From: an uncultured Actinomycetes bacterium | Lineage (GTDB): Bacteria > Actinomycetota > Thermoleophilia > Gaiellales > JAICJC01 | Direction of reading: 5' to 3' | Assembly (NCBI GenBank): GCA_963794415.1 | Contig: CAWCDI010000001.1 | Span: forward strand, 754,262-818,261 | Length of the DNA: 64,000 nucleotides | Shown here: positions 60,313 to 64,000 of the stretch, piece after piece | Numbering within the stretch: position 1 is the first letter of the stretch | Layout of the letters: every line of letters starts with the position of its first letter | The notes under the pieces: generated by a model | Told to the model about the DNA's origin: nothing | The model's database searches: none | What the model saw: the letters and a program-made list of their open reading frames with translations, nothing else | Position numbers and translations under genes: made by a program

Positions 60313-60385
60313 TGCGCCTGGTAGGAATCGAACCTACGACCTTGCGCTCCGGAGGCGCACGCTCTATCCCCTGAGCTACAGGCGC
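60313..60385 (-). tRNA. tRNA-Arg (anticodon CCG)
   Basis: Folded by hand: acceptor GCGCCTG/CAGGCGC, anticodon loop CTCCGGA, T-loop TTCGATT. Confidence 0.93.
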
Positions 60386-60451
60386 GGGGGTCGCCTCGCG
60401 ACCCAACCAGTCTACTTGCCGACCGCCCGGCCGGTGCTAGGCTCGCCCTCG

Positions 60452-61474
60452 ATGCAGATCTTCGCCCGCCCGGTGACGCTCATTCACCACGAGCCGTTCG
60501 TCATCTCCCGCGGCACCAGCACCGAGTCGGTCGTGGTGCAGGCGGCCATCACCCACGGCGGTCTCACGGGGTACGGCGAGGGCGCGCCCGACGAGCGCTA
60601 CGGCGAGAGCACCGAGAGCGCACTCGAGTTCCTGCGCACATGCGGCCCGCTGCTCGGTGACGATCCACTCGCCATCGAGGCGATCCTCCGGCGCGTGGGC
60701 GAGCGGCCCGGCGAGATGGCGGCCAAATGCGCCCTCGACGGCGCGCTGCATGACCTCCTCGGGAAGATCTGCGAGCAGCCGCTCTACCGCATCCTCGGGC
60801 TCGATCCCGTGCCTCCGCCGACGTCGTACACGATCTCGATCGATACGGTCGAGGGCACTGCCGACCGGGCGCGCCGCGCTGCCGGCTACCACGCCCTCAA
60901 GATCAAGGTGGGCGGCCCCGACGATCTCGATCGCGTGCGGGTGGTGCGCCGCGAGGCCCCGGACGCGCTCATCCGGGTCGATGCGAACGAGGCCTGGTCG
61001 GTGGAGTCAACGCGCGGGCTGATGGACGAGCTCGTCTCGCTGGGCGTCGAGCTGATCGAGCAGCCGCTCCACGCGTCCGATCGCGACGGGTACGCCGAGC
61101 TGCACGCCGCAGGGCTGCCCATCCCGATCGTCCTGGATGAGAGCTGCCACACCCTCGCCGACATCGCACCGGCTGCGGGCCACGCCGACGGCGTCAACAT
61201 CAAGCTGACGAAGACCGGCGGCATCCGCGAGGCGATCCGCATGATCCACGCAGCCCGCGCCCTCGGCCTGCTCGTGATGATCGGGTGCATGAACGAGTCC
61301 TCGCTCGGTATCGCAGCCGCGGCGTCGATCTCTCCGCTCGTGGACGTGGTCGATCTCGACGGCCACCTCCTGAACGCCAACGACTTCTTCGAAGGTCTCG
61401 GCTTCGCCGACGGCCGCGTGATCCCCGGCTCCGGCCCCGGTCTGGGCGTGACCTCGCTGGACGCGTGGCCGTGA
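60452..61474 (+). CDS. Enolase-superfamily epimerase/racemase (dipeptide epimerase / DgcA-like)
   Basis: ATG 60452. MR/MLE-type sequence: GYGEGAP...ALKIKVG...VDANEAW...IEQP...LDES...KLTKTGG. Confidence 0.8.
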   Translation: MQIFARPVTLIHHEPFVISRGTSTESVVVQAAITHGGLTGYGEGAPDERYGESTESALEFLRTCGPLLGDDPLAIEAILRRVGERPGEMAAKCALDGALHDLLGKICEQPLYRILGLDPVPPPTSYTISIDTVEGTADRARRAAGYHALKIKVGGPDDLDRVRVVRREAPDALIRVDANEAWSVESTRGLMDELVSLGVELIEQPLHASDRDGYAELHAAGLPIPIVLDESCHTLADIAPAAGHADGVNIKLTKTGGIREAIRMIHAARALGLLVMIGCMNESSLGIAAAASISPLVDVVDLDGHLLNANDFFEGLGFADGRVIPGSGPGLGVTSLDAWP

Positions 61475-62517
61475 AGCGCTACGTGATGCTGTGCGAAGGC
61501 GCCTTCGACGAGGACGCCAAGACCGCCACCGGCGTGCTGCGCTACGCCGACGCGGAGACCGTCGCGGTGATCGACTCGACGCGGGCCGGCTCGACCACCG
61601 CCGACCACGTCCCGGGGCTCAGCCGGCGCGTGCCGATCGTGGCGACGCTCGCCGAGGCCATGTCAGGCAACCCCGACACCATGCTGATCGGCGTGGCGCC
61701 CGCCGGCGGCAAGCTGCCGCCGTCGTTTCGGGCCGTGGTCCGCGACGCGCTCGAGCGCGGCATCGACGTCGAGAACGGCCTGCACGACTTCCTCGGAGGC
61801 GACGAGGAGATGGTCGCGGCCGCAGCCCGCGGCGGCGCGGAGATCCGCGACCTGCGAAAGCCTCCGGCCGGGCTCGACGTCCCGACCCTCGCGAACCTCA
61901 CCGTCGATGCGCATACCGTGATGGCGGTCGGCTCGGACTGCGCCCTCGGCAAGATGACCGTCTGCCTCGAGCTCGACAGGGCCGCCCGCGCCCGCGGGAT
62001 CGCCTCGCAGTTCGTCCCCACGGGGCAGACCGGCATCGCGATCGCGGGATGGGGCATCGCCGTCGATGAGGTGGTCTCCGACTACATCGCCGGCGCGGCC
62101 GAATCGCTGGTGCTCGAGGGACACCGCCGGGGCGGCGACGGCGCGCTTCTCTGGATCGAGGGGCAGGGAGCGATCAACCACCCGTTCTACTCCGGCGTGA
62201 CCACCGGCCTGATCCACGGCAGCGCGCCGCACACCCTGTTCTTCGTGCACGAGCCGGGCCGCGACGTGATCGACGGTGATCCGCGCCTGCCGATCCCGCC
62301 CATCGAGGAGCTGATCGCCGCCAACGAGCGCACCGCGGCATTCGTCCGGCCGGCGCGCGTGGCCGCACTCGCGCTCAAGACCAACCGCATGAGCGAGAGC
62401 GATGCCCGCGATGCCATCGCCGCCTACGGCGAGCGCACGGGCCTGGTCACCGACGACCCGGTGCGGTTCGGCGCCGACCGGCTGCTGGATGCCGTGATCG
62501 CCGCCCGCACCGCGTGA
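61471..62517 (+). CDS. DUF1611 protein (DgcN-like putative D-glutamate N-acetyltransferase)
   Basis: GTG 61471 in a GTGA overlap. ...VGSDCALGKMT...VPTGQTGI...EGQGAINHP is typical of DUF1611. Confidence 0.75.
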   Translation: MKRYVMLCEGAFDEDAKTATGVLRYADAETVAVIDSTRAGSTTADHVPGLSRRVPIVATLAEAMSGNPDTMLIGVAPAGGKLPPSFRAVVRDALERGIDVENGLHDFLGGDEEMVAAAARGGAEIRDLRKPPAGLDVPTLANLTVDAHTVMAVGSDCALGKMTVCLELDRAARARGIASQFVPTGQTGIAIAGWGIAVDEVVSDYIAGAAESLVLEGHRRGGDGALLWIEGQGAINHPFYSGVTTGLIHGSAPHTLFFVHEPGRDVIDGDPRLPIPPIEELIAANERTAAFVRPARVAALALKTNRMSESDARDAIAAYGERTGLVTDDPVRFGADRLLDAVIAARTA

Positions 62518-64000
62518 TCCGCCCGGCGGTCGCGAGCGACGCCCAGGCGGTGTCCGAGCTGATCGACCGCGCCTATGAGATCTACATCCCGCGCATCGGC
62601 AAGCGGCCGATGCCGATGACCGCCGACCACGCCGCCGAGATCGGTCGCGGTGAGACGTTCGTGCTCGAGCTGGACGATCGGGTGGCCGGCGTGATCGTGC
62701 TCGTGCGCCAGGGCGACCGCCTGCAGATCGAGAACATCGCCGTTGATCCGGCCGTGCAGGGACGGGGACTGGGACGGCGGCTGCTCGGGTTCGCCGAGAC
62801 CACTGCCGTGCGGCTCGGCTGCACCGAGCTCACGCTCTACACCAATGCCCTCATGACCGAGAACATCCGGTTCTACGGGCGCGCGGGCTTCACGGTCACC
62901 GGCGAGCGGACGGAGCACGGGTTCTCGCGCGTCTTCTTCAGCCGTCCGGTGGGGGGCAGTACCATGCCGCCGTTGACCGACACCCGCCTTCAGAAGCTCG
63001 CCGACCTGCTCTGCCGCTACTCACTCGACGTACAGCCCGGCGATCTGGTGTTGGTGTACACGCCCGCCATCGCCCAGCCGCTGGTCGTAGAGGTGGTGAA
63101 GGCGGTCACCAGGATGGGCGGCCACACGGTGCTTCGCGTCTCGCTCGAGTCGGTCGAGTCGATCAGGCTCGAGCGCTCCAGCAAGGCCCAGCTCGAGACG
63201 GTGACCCCGCTCGATCACCTCGACCAGCAGCTTCCCCAGAAGATCCTCTCGATCTGGGCCAACGAGAACGCCCGCTACCTCGCGCAGGTGCCGTCAGAGC
63301 ACCAGTCGCAGCAGGCCGCCGCGCTCGAGCCCATCGACCAGGAGCTCGCCCAGCGGATGGCCTCGGGCGACGTGCACTGGTGCGGCACGCTCTATCCGTG
63401 CCAGGCAACTGCCCAGGAGGCGGGCATGTCGCTGCCCGACTGGGAGGACTTCGTGTACTCCGCCGGCCACATCGACGACCCCGATCCCATCCTCTACTGG
63501 CAGAAGCGCTCAGAGGAGCAGCAGCAGGTTGCCGACCGGCTCGCGAAGCTCGAGACCATCCGCATCGTGGCCGACGAGACCGATCTCACCGTGAACGTCG
63601 CGGGCCGGCCGTGGCTCAACGCCGACGGCCGTGAGAACTTCCCCGACGGCGAGGTGTTCACGAGCCCGCACCACGAGGCCACCGAGGGGCACATCAAGTT
63701 CTCGTTCGCGGCGGTGTACGCCGGCAAGATGGTGCGAGGGGTGCGCCTGTGGTTCGAGGGCGGCCGGGTGGTCAGGGCAACTGCCGACCAGGGCCAGGAG
63801 CACCTGGAGACGCTGCTCGACACCGACGACGGCGCCCGGTATCTCGGCGAGGTGGCGTTCGGGCTGAACGACGAGATCCAGATCGCCACCGGCGAGACGC
63901 TCTTCGACGAGAAGATCGGCGGCACGTGCCACGTCGCGCTCGGAACGGCGTTTCCCGAGGCGAGCGGAACCAATCGCTCGGGCATCCACTGGGACATCGT
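62514..64000 (+). CDS. GNAT acetyltransferase domain reading in frame into an M29 (AmpS/PepS-type) aminopeptidase; 3'-truncated at the window edge
   Basis: Translated codon by codon from GTG 62514 (GTGA overlap). The GNAT motif is IAVDPAVQGRGLGRRLL. There is no stop before MPPLTDTRLQKLADLLCRYSL (ATG 62964), and the frame is still open at 64000. It is missing from the ORF track because it has no stop. Confidence 0.75.
   Translation, partial: MIRPAVASDAQAVSELIDRAYEIYIPRIGKRPMPMTADHAAEIGRGETFVLELDDRVAGVIVLVRQGDRLQIENIAVDPAVQGRGLGRRLLGFAETTAVRLGCTELTLYTNALMTENIRFYGRAGFTVTGERTEHGFSRVFFSRPVGGSTMPPLTDTRLQKLADLLCRYSLDVQPGDLVLVYTPAIAQPLVVEVVKAVTRMGGHTVLRVSLESVESIRLERSSKAQLETVTPLDHLDQQLPQKILSIWANENARYLAQVPSEHQSQQAAALEPIDQELAQRMASGDVHWCGTLYPCQATAQEAGMSLPDWEDFVYSAGHIDDPDPILYWQKRSEEQQQVADRLAKLETIRIVADETDLTVNVAGRPWLNADGRENFPDGEVFTSPHHEATEGHIKFSFAAVYAGKMVRGVRLWFEGGRVVRATADQGQEHLETLLDTDDGARYLGEVAFGLNDEIQIATGETLFDEKIGGTCHVALGTAFPEASGTNRSGIHWDI

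Overview
High-GC (about 70%) chromosomal segment of actinobacterial type. The gene order pdxS-pdxT-yebC-ruvCAB-queA-tgt-secDF ... recJ-rel and the tRNA-free 16S-23S spacer fit Actinomycetota. The 16S looks like a deep-branching lineage (Thermoleophilia/Rubrobacteria-like), but I cannot verify this without a database. Content is mostly core housekeeping: a class V aminotransferase with serA, ilvE, tyrS, one complete rrn operon (16S-23S-5S) with visible processing stems, and dgt-dnaG-rpoD. There are three tRNAs: Asn-GTT, Met/Ile2-CAT and Arg-CCG. Also present are pdxST, ruvCAB, queA-tgt-secDF, recJ, rel, corA, and a YCII / ECF42-type sigma / DUF899 operon. Five things are worth a second look. 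(1) A compact five-gene cluster at 36.0-42.7 kb that I cannot assign to a pathway: deacetylase-like protein, COG3919-type ATP-grasp ligase, two cytoplasmic alkaline-phosphatase-superfamily paralogs and a GT4 glycosyltransferase. (2) About ten reading-frame breaks in otherwise conserved genes, with at least six packed into 1.6 kb around ruvC-ruvA. These are either indel assembly errors or real gene decay. (3) A conserved 33-nt palindrome sitting at two convergent gene junctions. (4) An operon of enolase-superfamily epimerase, DUF1611 (DgcN-like) and GNAT, in which the GNAT reads in frame into an M29 aminopeptidase. (5) A small-ORF module next to tRNA-Asn, and an orphan Flp pilin. I saw no CRISPR array, transposase, integrase or recognisable defence system. 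All product calls come from motif and family recognition by eye, not from searches.
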